From the NCBI GenBank assembly GCA_030295235.1, contig AP026138.1, positions 496,001 to 560,000 of the forward strand: a DNA stretch of 64,000 nt. Direction: 5' to 3'. Under the pieces are notes generated by a model. That model saw only the letters and a program-made list of their open reading frames with translations, searched no databases and was not told the DNA's origin. Made by a program: the position numbers and the translations under genes. The stretch is from Fistulifera solaris. Lineage: Eukaryota. Positions 13,546 to 26,530 of the stretch are shown here, piece by piece (within the stretch, counting starts at the first letter, position 1; every line of letters begins with the position of its first letter).

Positions 13546-15753
13546 GTTTTTTGATGAAATCGAAGTGATATGTGCGATGATGATGATTCGAAGCACGGGT
13601 GTGAAGCTCCATACAAAATGGATTATCTGTTTCACTGTTACCGAAAAACCCGAGTTCGGGTTTTCATTATTGCCCTGGGGCTGTTCAAATTGTGAACTAA
13701 TAACTAATCACTAGTCACTAGTCACTAGAGACGCTTCGCTCCTGAAAATCCTTCATCCTTCCCCTGTTACTATGGATTTGGCAGAAATTGTGTATCAGCT
13801 GTGAGGCTGTGATGGACAGCTTGTTCTCTGGATATCCCTATGACCCTATGATCCTATGATAGTATGATAGTGTAAAATACATATAATGACTCAATCCTAA
13901 ATATTTATTCCTAACTTTCCTGAAATGCGGATGCTTTTTCGACATTTGACTGAATTTTCCACTGGGTTTTCTCTTTTGTCACAAATATCGTTTTTTCTTT
14001 CTTTCAGAAACTCCGATTTCTGAGTCATTGTACCACGGTTAGTAGTAAAGCGACAAGTGAAATGCATTTTATTGTCATCGGTCATCGACGTTTGACGTTT
14101 GGGCATATGGTCATTGGTCATTGGTCCAAGATACTTTTCAAGCTAGGGTATATACTGGATCTGCGTTCTTCTGGTTTTCCATGCGCCATTTGCCATTTTT
14201 TCAACGAAGGTGTGGAAAAAATGTTTCAAGTTACAAGTCCGTCTCATAGAGGCTCCTCTAGGACCTAGGAGGGCCAACGTGAATTTACACAATTTTTCCG
14301 CACCTTCCCAGGCGACTTTTGTTCTTGTGTTCTGCTGATCGTCGAGCGTCGAGCATCATGCATACTTTGCTGCTTCCTGGCAATACCAGTCATTTCCGAC
14401 ACCTGAATTATTTTTTTGCGTCCTAGCTTTTAGATTTGAACAGCTTCATTTGCTAAAGATTTTCACAACGCTGTTAACAGTTGGTCTTAGGCCAACGTCC
14501 AAGTTCAAGTTCAGCCGGGTACATAGTAGGCAGAATGGTCAGGAAAAGTCATACTGGAAGCAATCCTATCGATTCTTGAGAAGAAATCAACGTTCCATCC
14601 TCTTCCTCATCTGACTATGACAGCACACTGCTTTCTTGCCTCCTCTTGGTAAGCCCTTCTCACCTGTTTGACTCAATATTGGCAACAGCAAGCAGCTCGA
14701 TAGCAAAGACAGATTTTCTACTTTTATTTGTAGTACCTACATTGTCTTCACGCCCCCATATTACATGATTCGTAGTGTTTTTACATCTCTCCGACTTGGA
14801 GCTGATAAAATCAGTTTTACATCGGATTTTGTGTCCTCTAGGAGAACTTTGGCGCAGCCCAAAGAACGCATGATTGAATAAAAATTCATTTATGCTGCTC
14901 TCATTTGCCTGCCATCACCAAGATCTTTCAACATCAATGCAATTGTTTACTGTGAAATGAATAAGCCAAAAGGTTAGAATAAGATTAGTTTGCACATATG
15001 GCGGAGTCCACCTTCCATGAAACCGAGAGTCCTCAAAGGCAATTCTCTTCAACACCTTACGAGCTTGTTGTTTTGAGCTTACCATGCCACAGAGTAATGA
15101 GACCACATCACTTTCGTGTTCAACCTATTTCTATTATATTTATCTACTATTGTGCGAAAAAAGTGATGTAATCTGAGCTAAAATGATGATGTTTGATGAC
15201 TTTCATTACAACGTTGCCTACTTTTCTCGTGCTTTTGTGCGAAAAGAATTTGAATTTGGTGCTGAGTACCGTTTTCTTTATTCGTGAATAAATTGCAGTC
15301 ATGAGCTGAGATGTTAGTACTGAACCTGTGTACCATAGAATCGGTACGTGATTCGGAATGACGGTTACGGACGTTATTTTTGTTCCATGTTCGATTTCCC
15401 TCGTCACGTTCATTCAGTCTTATTTAGAGGAAAAATCTGGGTCCCAAAAATCGTCGGTACTGAAACGGTCGGTCAATTTTTCGTACTTTGACGCAGAAAG
15501 TACAAGCAATCCGGCACTGAAAGTTACTTAGGGAGCGTGAATGGATATTTCGCGCACTCCGTGCCAAAAGTGATCCGTTTCTCGCCTATCGTTTCCTAAT
15601 TTTCTCCTCCGTTGGTCGAAATACATCCGCCGTGCGCAAATGACAACGTCGTGAGAGTGTTTGTATTTTGCCCCTTCTATTCTTTCATTTCTTTGTGCGG
15701 TGAGTGGGCTCCGTGGTTGTAGAAAAAGAGATTGCTTGTTTTATCCTTTCAAC

Positions 15754-17124
15754 ATGACGAAGAATCAATTATCACTCTCCGCTTTAATAACGATCCTTTG
15801 TGCCGGAGCAATCGATGCGGCGAATCAAGAATGGAAGAGGAACATTCCCGATCCTCCGATTGCTTCGATTCGAAAGAATCGCTTTCCTTCACCCGAAGAG
15901 CTTTTAAAAGTTTACATGTCCAACTGGTACGTTCCGCCGTGCGCGGGATTCTTCCGAGGACACGTTCATTACGAATATTACAACGATGATGATGAAAGTG
16001 AATGGCCTCGTTTGCGCGTCCAATCGACCGATCGAAATCGAACCATTTTGGAAATGTCGAGCCTCATTACACCCGACACGACCTTCTTTCTCGATACCGG
16101 AACGGTATTTGATTGTCTGTTGCCGGAACCGGAATCAAAATACAAGCATCGCGTGGAATTTCGTAAAAACATGAACATGTATTGCGTCGATGCGGCGACT
16201 TCGGTATTGACAACGATTCAACACGTCAATACCGAACAAAACTCCACGATTCCCACCATTGTACAGTTTGGGGATTTGAAGCATTCGCACATTTTTGGGA
16301 ATGTTACGATTCCTCACCTCAAAAAGTTTCGCTCGGCATCCCAGTCACCCGAGAGTCTCCGGCAGGTCGTCGAGGCGCAGTGTTACGGTGACGATCGTCC
16401 GGTGCTAGAAACCATCCATCAGTTGGATTACATGCAACCCATTGTTTGGAAATTAGCATCGCGTCGTCATTTTGGCAATCTCGAAAAGGTGCATCGGGAA
16501 GACACGGCGTGGGAACACAAGAAGGATATGGCGATTTGGCGCGGACAATTGACGGGATCGCGGGACGGTGGCTTTGATAAGGATTTACCCGCCGAAACCA
16601 ACTGTATGAGACTGAAACGCTGTCGGTTGGTCTACAAACACTCCAAGAGTCACCTCATTCATGCGCGCTTGACGTCGACACGGAAACGTCTGCCGGATGT
16701 CTTGAATGGAGTACCGTTGCTCGCGCCCGCGACGACGATTCGTCGATTGCTCGAATATAAAGGTATTATCATGTTGGAAGGAAATGATGTGGCGTCGGGC
16801 TTGAAATGGGCTTTATTGTCGCAATCGGTAGTTCTCATGCCGCCCCCGAAACATACCTCCTGGGCCATGGAGGAGCTTCTCGAACCATGGATTCACTACG
16901 TGCCCTTGAATGAGGATGCCACGGATGTGGAAGAAAAGATGCAGTGGGTGGTAGACAATGATGATATGGCACGAAGGATTGCCGAACGAGGATCGTTGTG
17001 GATGGAAGATTTAGTGTTTCATCCGGATGCTGCCGAAGAAGACCGATGGATTCAAGAAGAAATCATTCGGAGATATCGAAAGCACTTTGTACAGGGCATC
17101 GAGTTAACCAGTGCCGTCGAGTAA
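15754..17124 (+). CDS. Glycosyltransferase family 90 (CAP10 domain) protein
   Basis: Signal peptide MTKNQLSLSALITILCAGAIDA. Motifs WEHKKDMAIWRG, YKGIIMLEGNDVASGLKWALLSQSVVLM, LEPWIHYVPL, ARRIAERG. Confidence 0.85.
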   Translation: MTKNQLSLSALITILCAGAIDAANQEWKRNIPDPPIASIRKNRFPSPEELLKVYMSNWYVPPCAGFFRGHVHYEYYNDDDESEWPRLRVQSTDRNRTILEMSSLITPDTTFFLDTGTVFDCLLPEPESKYKHRVEFRKNMNMYCVDAATSVLTTIQHVNTEQNSTIPTIVQFGDLKHSHIFGNVTIPHLKKFRSASQSPESLRQVVEAQCYGDDRPVLETIHQLDYMQPIVWKLASRRHFGNLEKVHREDTAWEHKKDMAIWRGQLTGSRDGGFDKDLPAETNCMRLKRCRLVYKHSKSHLIHARLTSTRKRLPDVLNGVPLLAPATTIRRLLEYKGIIMLEGNDVASGLKWALLSQSVVLMPPPKHTSWAMEELLEPWIHYVPLNEDATDVEEKMQWVVDNDDMARRIAERGSLWMEDLVFHPDAAEEDRWIQEEIIRRYRKHFVQGIELTSAVE

Positions 17125-17536
17125 TCTACAAGTTACTCTATATCGACCTAATCTGCTATTCTTTTGCGATACAGTCATAAAACAAACCTACTTGAATATG
17201 AATACATTACATTCTTTATGAAAGCAGAATATAAAGTCAGTCTAAGATACAAGCTGTGTTATGCACTTTGTATTTAATGAAGAGTGTTGAGTGAAGACTT
17301 GGTCACCAATAACTTACTCGTGTCGACACGTGAGCCGAAGAAGCTTAATAAACCGCACCGACGCATGGCGGACAGCAAAACAAATAAACAGGACGGAGAG
17401 GGAGACCCGGAAAATCACGTACTCGAACACGAAAAAAAGGTCGGCAACCATGAGAAACATCAACTTGATTGTCGTTCCATTTTCACAAAGTGCTTTTATT
17501 ATATTGCTTTCTGGATCGAGTTGGCGGATACCTGTC

Positions 17537-18651
17537 ATGAGAATATCAGCTTTATCAATTTATTTCTTAATATCCCAGGTTGTAGCGGCCTTTACAGGTC
17601 CGCAACGCCACGTCTCGCACGTCGACCGACTCTTCTCCGCCGTTTCTCAGGAAACGGCAACGACCACCGCAAATCTTCACTCTCTGACGCTCTTTAGTCC
17701 TTGCAAAATCAATCTCTTTTTACGAATCATTCGTAAGCGACCGGATGGATACCATGATTTGGCGAGTCTTTTCCAAGCCATCGGATTCGGTGATACACTC
17801 GAGTTGTCTGTTTTGGGTGACGATGCTACCGAAGATGAGTTTACCTGCAATATGCCGGGTGTGCCGGTTGACTCGTCGAACTTGGTGTTGCGGGCCTTGG
17901 CTTTGATGCGAGAAAAGACACAAGTCGCGACCTATTTCAAGGCCAATTTGATCAAGCAAGTACCGGCGCAGGCGGGTTTGGGAGGAGGATCGGCAAATGC
18001 CGCTACGGCTTTGTGGGGCGCCAATCAACTCATGGGAGAGCCTGCTACATTAGAAGAGGTACGTTGATAGTGTCGAAATGCATGTGTTCGGTTGTGTCGC
18101 TCACAAAAGCAACGACGCAGATGGTGGAATGGTCCGGAGCCTTGGGCAGTGATATCACGTTTTTCTTGAGTCGGGGGACGGCTTACTGTACCGGGAGAGG
18201 AGAAGTCATGTCGTCCATTGACCCACCGTTGCCGTCCGGGACGCCCGTTTGTATTGTGAAACCCAATGTGGGACTCTCCACGCCGCAGGTATTTAAGGCC
18301 CTCGAATACGACAAATTGAGTACGGTGGATGCGGATCAGGTGTTACTGCCAACTTTCCTCAAAGGTATTGAAAAGGTACCGGATGAGATGTTTATCAATG
18401 ATTTGGAGTTTCCCGCTTTTAAGTGTTTGCCCGAGCTTAAGAAGCTGAAAGAAGAACTCTTGCAAGTGGAAGGATTTGAGCATGTAATGATGTCGGGCAG
18501 CGGCACGAGCATTTTCTGTTTAGGTGCACCCAAGGACAAAGTCGCTTTTGAAAACAAGTTTAAGAGTCGTGAAGATTTACAAGTCTTCTACTCGGAATTT
18601 ATCAGCAGATCAGAGGGACAGTGGTTCGAAGCTCCACGGTCTAGCACATAA
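17537..18651 (+). CDS. ispE: 4-diphosphocytidyl-2-C-methyl-D-erythritol kinase, plastid-targeted; intron 18059-18120
   Basis: SPCKINLFLRI, DGYHDLASLFQ, KQVPAQAGLGGGSANAA, LGSDITFF, INDLE, MMSGSGTSIF. Presequence ...SQVVAA-FTGP. Confidence 0.95.
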
Positions 18652-18714
18652 GAATAGCTATGAGCACTATGGAAATAAACTGTTCTTTAGTGGAGCTTAT
18701 GTTTGAGTTGTGAA

Positions 18715-21700
18715 TCACCGCAATACATTTACACTACGTTCGCCTAGGTTCGGCCGGAGAGTTTGGTTAGAGCTTCCTCCTTTCTTAATCGTATTGCGTT
18801 CCTGCGCAGCTGCTGCAAGGTCACGCCATTTTCGAGCTTGTACAGGGGTCTTCTGAAGTGGAGAAAGAGTTAGAAGGCCAGGAGTAGAGTGCACAGCCTG
18901 TTCGGTTGGTTTCACAGGAGCATTCTTTCGGAATGGGAGAGACGGCTGTTGCCATTTCAATATATTGGATGAATTGGTGCTAGCAATCGAGAAGCGGTTT
19001 TGCTTGATAGTTGAAACAGTGTCTCCAGTTGCAGATGACGCAACGCTTGCGCCCCCAGCGGACATACGATAGCTGGCGTACTGGCTGCCGAACCGTTTGC
19101 TACGATCTTGCCGGATGGTTGAGACTGTCTCGTCATCGACGGTTGATTCTTCAGAAAAATCTTGTTGGTAGTTTAACATGTTCTCAAAATCATCGGCATC
19201 ATCGTCGCTCAGACTCTCATCATCGTTGGAAGCCTCTATGTTCGCTTTGTGTGTCTTGAAAAGATCTCTCAGCGACTCTCCACCTGAAGAAACAACAGAG
19301 TAGTTATCCGCCAAAGGATTTGTGGTGAGGTTATCTCCGCTGTCAGACATAACTTCCAAGGAATGGTGACCTTCATGCCGGGTGGATGATGCCTTGGATG
19401 ATCCAGAGTTTGTTTCGGGCTTCTCATTTGATCCAACAAAGCTTCCGTTGATGAGAGTCGGAGAGCGTTCTGTATATTCACCGACTTGGACGGGTGGCTG
19501 GCGCCAAATACTACTGGCCGACTTATCCAGGATCTTCGACGAGTAGGACTGAGTGCTCTTGGTCTTGCTGGTCTTTTCTTCCATTTCCGCGATTCTGGCA
19601 GAGACAATGCTTCCCTTACTCCTCAACCCTAGCGCACGGGTCGTTTCGCTGATAGGGATCGCCTCAAAACTATTGTTTGAGACTCCTCCTGAAAATTTGG
19701 TCTTTGCCTCTTGGAAACGCAAAAGTGGAGAAGCGGTGGCGTGTGTAGAAGTCCGTCCGCTACGAAAAGGCGTGACACCGTTACCCAAGTCAGAATCATG
19801 CGCATATGCCCATCGCGATTGTAATGTTCGCTCTGGGATCTGGTGGCTCAAGTAAGCCACATGAGTAGATTCTTCGGGAATCGGAGCAATACTTTCGCGA
19901 ATCGATGAAATGCTGGGACGGTATGGTTCGAGACCGGTAGTGTCTGATAAGTCCGAAAGTTTGTGACGGATTGGTGGCAACTCAACGGATGATGGCTTCG
20001 GCATCGGTCCAGGTTCTACGTTCATGATGTCGGAAAAACGAACTCGCTTTTCACTTTGCTTCGAGGCAGCATCTGTCTCCGGATTTGAGACTTGACGGGA
20101 GGGATCGTCACTGGATCCCGTGACACAACAGAGAGCGTGCGGCCACGTGACCCCAGAGTGTTGATGGAGACGGCCCCATTCTCTGTCGGGTGCGGACGAA
20201 TTGCTTGGGCTTTACCAGTAACCTCTGTGCCATCAAGATAGCTCGGAGAGAATAGTAACGCAGCGTTGCCCAGCACTTGACTAGATAGCATGGGGATGCT
20301 CTCGACTGAAATGCAAGGACTAGGCTGTGTGCTGGACACTGGAACTCTTTCAGTAGAGCGCAAAACAGCACCGGGAGCTCGTACAACATCAGTCGTCAGC
20401 CCTTGCCTGATCGATTCCGCTTCACGGAGCTGAGCAAAGAAAGGGTAGGACTGTCGTAGCATATCGGCTGCAGTTGCACCTTTTGGTGCTCTCGTCATCG
20501 GTAACGGATCAGATTGTCTCTTCAGTTCTAATTGGAGATGATTCGCTTCGTCACCACCAGCCTCATTCAACATGACATTTTCCGCATTATTGAGTTCTGC
20601 AAGATTGCTCTCCTGCTTTGCTTCGGCATGGGAGGAAACCGAATTTTTCCAACCGGCAATTTGTAAAAGCGCAGGAAGTTGCAATGAGTCACGACCGATG
20701 AGAGAAGAACGACGCGACGTCTTCGAAGATGGACGAAGACTTGCTCGTCCCACAGAGGGCTCTGTCGTTGCTTTGTTCTTATCTTTCGCATAATGAGGAA
20801 GGGTACTTGGCTGAGCAGATCCTTCTGATTGCTTCGATAGTCTACGGTCATTTCCGTCAGGCAATTCAATACTTTCAGCATTTTTCCATGATTCACGGAC
20901 CATCTCCTTGGTCGTCGCTTGTGCAGTGCATACATTCTCAGATTCAACGGGTTGAAATGGTTCAGAAGGGACTGATGCTTCGTGAGAATTTTCTTTTGAA
21001 CTTGTCATGCTGATTTGAGTTTCTCCGCCGGTACGCAAAGGCACTGCTTCAGATGAAATGACAGTGTTTGACGTCTTTTGGCTGTCCAAGGAGTTCTTTT
21101 TGCAGCGGCAAAGTTGTACGCGCTGAGAGGCAAATTGACTGCATGAATGACGGTTCTGCGACTTCCCTGACTATCCATTGATTTCTTGGCTGGATTATCG
21201 TTCGCGCTTGAAATGGAAAAGTCAGACACTCTTGCAGCGGTTTCTTGACTTTTATAAGCTGTCGGAAGAGTTTGCTCCGTTCCTTGGCTCTCCATTGAAG
21301 CTCTTGTTACGGTGTACACGTGCGTTAGCTCCTCCTGCTCAATCTCGGATCCATTGTCAGTGAAAAGGCCGGTAGGCAAGGTTTTTGTTCGCTTCCGTAC
21401 AACTCGACGAGAGAATTCATATCGGAATAAAGACCAGACGAAACACGCGGACGATAGTCGTCATCCTCATCACGAGCGAAGAGAGCTGCGACGGGGCTGT
21501 TGAGCTCATCTACTGCGTCTTGTAGATGCATCTTCAGCAAAGCCGACGAGTCTGCCAGCAACGTGCTCTGTGTTAAATGGGTTGTTTCACTAGCTTCCGA
21601 CCGGCGTCCGTTACGAGAACTATCTTGCATACTTGAAGAGTCCGCATCATAAGAGGCACGAGACGATCCGATACTTTTCTTGAAACTCGTTTTGTCACCC

Positions 21701-22671
21701 GTAAACTTTTTTGCAAGCTTCTTGACCTCGGACTCATTCTTGGTTTGTTTCTCCTTGCTGTCTAAGCGGTACACCGAATGTAACCGTGCAACTGACTCCA
21801 TCTTGTTTCTTGCATGCAAGACATCATCGCTCTCCATGGATCCAGCGCTGCTATTCGTGCCCGCATTTGACTTTTCTAGCAAGACCGAATCATCCGTGTT
21901 GTTTCTGCGAATATCGTCAGAGGAATCGCCGCGGCTTTCTGGAGGAGACACAGTAGACGGGCCGTGGAATTGAAGATAAGGTTCCATGGACTTATCAATG
22001 TTGTGTTGACGTACGGCAGGGAAGTCGCTAAAGGCCGTGATCTTGGCATGTCGAGTGCTTGCACCAAAGTACTTTTCATTGACCGAAAGCCCCACGATCG
22101 GATCCAACTCGTCACCGGTTTCACTTAAACTGTCATTCAAAACTTGCTGATGATGTTTCTTCACGTTTTTACTGTAGGCAGGGTTTGATGCGCCAAGCGT
22201 CTGTGGGTTTTGAACGTGATTTATCACCTGCTCGGGATTGCAGCAGCCCATGGCCTCGATCTGCTTCTTTGCCTCGTGGCATTTGGCTGTCAAGCGACGC
22301 TTGTAGACCTTCCAGCGAGTAGAGCGAACTGGATGATGAGATGGACGGGGCTGTGCTTTTGAAGGCTGTTCGGGGAAGTAGAATCGATCGGGAGGATTCA
22401 GAACTTTGCCGGATTGACGTTTGCGCGCTGGAGTTTTCCCAACGACCTTGCTCGTTCGTCGAGTGCTGCTGACATAAATAGTTGGAGGTGCCACAACTTC
22501 TCCTGGTTTCAACCGATGACGAAACTGAGAAGGATTCGACACATCAGACACAGGTGATATTGGGTGAAATTGTTCGTTTTCGTCGTTGGACCACCCAGCC
22601 GGTGGCTTGATGTTCGGGGACCCAATCGCAGCTTCGCGCCGATCGACGGGCAGCGAGGCAGCTTGTCCCAT
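18715..22671 (-). CDS. Large Ser-rich, probably disordered hypothetical protein (~1300 aa; four abutting ORFs joined by frameshifts)
   Basis: ORFs 21325-22671, 21005-21379, 20022-21089 and 18715-20025 overlap head-to-tail on one strand with similar composition. N-terminus MGQAAS fits the myristoylation consensus MGxxxS. Confidence 0.65.
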
Positions 22672-23282
22672 GGATACGCTTTCCTTGTAATGGACACCTA
22701 TTCAGTTACAAACAGAACGAATGCTGGTGGTTTGCAATTTGCAATGCGCAATCGTTTTGTTTAGCGATGATTTTTTTTTGGAAAAATGTGTGACGAGTGA
22801 CGGCTTTCTTATTTGGCCGGTTCGCGGCACAGTCACTTCCCTAATAGAAAATTATATAGGTATACAAGTATGAATACAATTCAAAGTTTTCTGTCATAAT
22901 TAGTGTTTTTGTTATGCGCACCTTTGGAAAATACTTAAGCATTTATTTGTGACAGACGTTTTATATTTAAAAGTATACTTTCTTTTTTTTACCAGAGCCA
23001 GTGCGACATTCGAACCTCATTGCGCATTGCGCATCCACAAAATGGCGCCCCGACGACAGCAAGACGCCCCTATAGCTCTGCGGCGGCGCGGTTTCCCGCT
23101 CCAGCCTCCAGCATCCAGCAATCCATTCCTGCTACTGTATAGAGACGCCATTCTTCTCCTTGCCCTTATAATATCCTTTTGAACGCTGCGCTTCTTCGAA
23201 ACTTCATTCAAAAGGGAGCTATAGGCGATTGATAAAAGTTTCGAAGCGCCAGCACTGCAATTAGCGCGAACGGTCTTGCACA

Positions 23283-26200
23283 ATGACAGAAGAGAGCGAC
23301 TCTAGCAAGCCCCCGTCTCGCTGGGGTAACCTTGTTAGCTTGTTTAGCCCGGGAGCCTCTAAACAAAAAACTATTCCAGAATTATCGCGAAAGCCTTCGA
23401 CTGAGAACGGGGAACTGCGCCTTCATGGCACTGGTGAACCTACCCCGAAACGCCGACACATGAACCCCAAATACAACCTTCAACCGAGCCATTGGAATTC
23501 CCCGGCAGTGAATCAGAGCCTTATTCAGAGTAAAACGGAGGAAAGTGGTGGTTCAAAACCTTCTACGAGTCTCATTGCTCCTCGTGATTCTGCCGCAAAG
23601 AGTGAACAAAAACCCTTACCGTCATCCACACCGGGCCGTCGAATTGTGCGAGCAAGACATACTCCGAGTAGATTCCTTTCAGCAGATATCAAAATCAATA
23701 ACTCGGCTTTAATAGCGGGAGAGAGGAAGCTATGGAAGGATCTTTCCGAGAAAACCAGTTTTGCAAAACCCAGATCGGACGACGCGAAGCACGTAGGATT
23801 CGTACAAGGGCAAATTATGCCGGAAGCCAACCGTCTTTACAAGAAACGCGTGATGATCAAAAGGCCCCATCTCACGGAGCCCGATGAAAGCAAAGACGAA
23901 AGTGCATCTAGTCCAACATCTCCCAAGTCTAAACGAACACGTGTTTCATTCAATGCAGACGCTTTTTACGGCCGTGAAAGAGACGATCATTCTCGAGCGC
24001 CCAATGTTGATTATGGCAGTCGGAGTACCCACGAGTCAGATGGGAGATCATTCATCGAAACTGAGGTGCCATTGAAGTCCATTTCTACCTATCCCATTGT
24101 TCTTCGTGAATATAAAGGCTATCGAGATAACAGAGTTGCAGTGTATGGTGATCCGATGGATGATTACAAGGAGATCAAGAAAGCAGCTTCTGCTGCACCG
24201 AAACCAGTTGCCCCAGAAGACGAATCCCCGCCGTGGGAATGTAAGAAATGCAAACATATGAATCCAAACGACGAGTCGTTGTGTGTCAAATGCAAAGATC
24301 CCCGGTCGCATAAAACAGACGCTGAAGGCTGGGGAGATTTGTTCGCGGAACAAAAAGATAAGTGGAAATGTAGTGGTTGTTCCCTCTATAACAACAAGGA
24401 TGCCGTCAAATGTGTGGCATGCGAAGCAGAGAAACCGGGTGGATCCAGTTCCAGTGTCAATGGCGATGCTAGCAGTAGCACAAAGGCGACAGGCTTTGCC
24501 AGTGAGACTACCGCAAAAACATCAGGCCCCGTTGGCACGCCGTTTACCTTCGGCTCCGAGGGATCAAAAGTTACAGAGGCCAAGACCGCACCAGCTAAGT
24601 TTACCTTTGGCGCACCATCGACGGAAGCCACTACAGCATCAGGGTCGCAGCCCTTTGCTTTCGGAAACGTTTCGTCGGAGGCAGCAAATAAAACTCCATC
24701 AATTTCTTTTGGAAGTACTTCAGTACCAGCCAACGCTACTCCATCGAAGCCGCCGTCATTTTCATTCGGTAGCGCTCCCGCGTCATCTGAGACGTCATCA
24801 AAGACCCCGTCGTTTTCTTTTGGTAATGCTGCGGTTCCATCTGACTCTTCATCGAAGACCCCGTCGTTTTCATTCGGTCAGGCTGCCGCCCCATCTGAAG
24901 CTTCATCGAAGCCTCCGTCGTTCTCATTCGGTCAATCTGCTGCCCCATCCGAACCTCAATCGAAGTCTGAAGATGATGAAACGTCAACACCCCCTTTGGC
25001 TAATTTCGGTGGTACATCTACAACGACAGAATCTTTGGCAAAACCGTTTTCTTTCGGAGGCACTTCCGCTACGTCTGAAACTACGGAAAAATCAGTAAAG
25101 TTTGATGGCAGTTTAGACACCAAAGAGACGTCCAATAACATGCCGTTCGGCGCCAGCTCAATCAATGCGGACACCCCAGCAAAATCATTCACTTTCGGTA
25201 AGATTTCGTCCACATCAGACACTCCGGCAGATTCTCTCTCTTTTGGCGGTGCTGGTTACTCCGTCGCATCGGAATCTTCCCAGAAGCCTTCATTTTCGTT
25301 CAGTCCTGCAGCTCCATCGGCATTTTCAAGTATTCCTCCCAAGGATTCAAGTGATGAAAACAAGTTAGATTTGAATGAGAAAGAAAGCTTGAACGTAGTA
25401 GCCCCATCGCCGGCCCCTTTTGTATTTGGAAGTAGCCAAGCTGGTAACGCTCAGGCTGCCGATACAGCAAGCTTTGGACAGAATAGCACCTTGGTTGCCG
25501 CGCCACAGCTAACTCAGCAAGGAGATACCCAGCCTTTTAAGCTTGGCGCCGCAACAGAAGCCCAGGAAGACGGTGATTCCTCTAGAAAAAGACTAAACAA
25601 TCATTTGGCTTCAGTGGCGGCAACAATTCAACTTCGTTATCGGAAGATTCCAACGCATTTGGTTCGGCGGCACCGTCAATGTTTGGCCAAGATAAAGACA
25701 ACGCCTTATCAGGGAACGGGTCGTTTGCTGGCCCTGGCAATGCGAGTGAGACAAACTCATCAGGGTTTGTATTCGGTGCCAGCCAAACATCATTAACGTC
25801 GAATACAAAAGCCTTAGAGACTCCCGCTAGCTTTGGTCAGCCTTTTGGAACGTCATCTACGTTCAGTGGTGGTTTCGGAGCGACGTCTGTCCAAAGTGAT
25901 ACAAATACCGCTGTTGGTAACAACGTCCCTAATTTTGGGACGAGTGTATCTACCTCAAACGGCTTTGGGACATCTTCCAATTCATCAACATTTGGCAACG
26001 CTGCTCAAGCTCCAGCGACATTCGGAGCACCCGCACCACCTGCATTCGGAACGTCTACTCCGGCTTTCGGCGCGCCTACCGCATTTGGCGCAGCCCCAAC
26101 TCCCGCTTTTGGCAATCCTGCATCTGCACCTGCTAACACGGCCCCAATATTTGGTGCAGCTCCCACTCCATCATCTTCAGCACCAGCATTTGGAAATCCT

Positions 26201-26530
26201 ACTTTTGGTGCTCCGAATCCTTTTAATTCCACTGCGTCAAATCAAACGGCGTTCGGGATGAATCCTGCTCCAGCACCCGCGGCTCCGACTTTTGGCGGCT
26301 TCAATCCGGCTCCTGCCTTTGGTCAGACTGGACAAGCTCCCGGCTTTGGCGCACCAGCAGTTTCATCTTCTTTCGGACAACCTCCCCAACAGCAACCATC
26401 TTTTGGTGCCCCTCAGGGTTTTGGGGGACAAGCACCTTCGTTCGGTGCTGGTGCAGCCGATGGTGGTTTCAGCTTGGGATCAGGGGGTGCGGCTCCGAAA
26501 AGGAGAATCGTTCGAGCGCGTCGCAAATAA
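23283..26530 (+). CDS. FG nucleoporin, Nup153/Nup1-like, with two RanBP2-type zinc fingers (frameshift ~25590)
   Basis: WECKKCKHMN...CVKC and WKCSGCSLYN...CVAC fingers. Many FSFG/FTFG/PAFG repeats. C-terminal GFSLG...KRRIVRARRK. Confidence 0.85.

Noticed and set aside
14400..15120. Possible decayed gene on the minus strand (VSLLCGMVSSKQQARKVLKRIAFED...)
   Set aside because: Multiple stops and no family recognisable by eye. Needs BLASTx.
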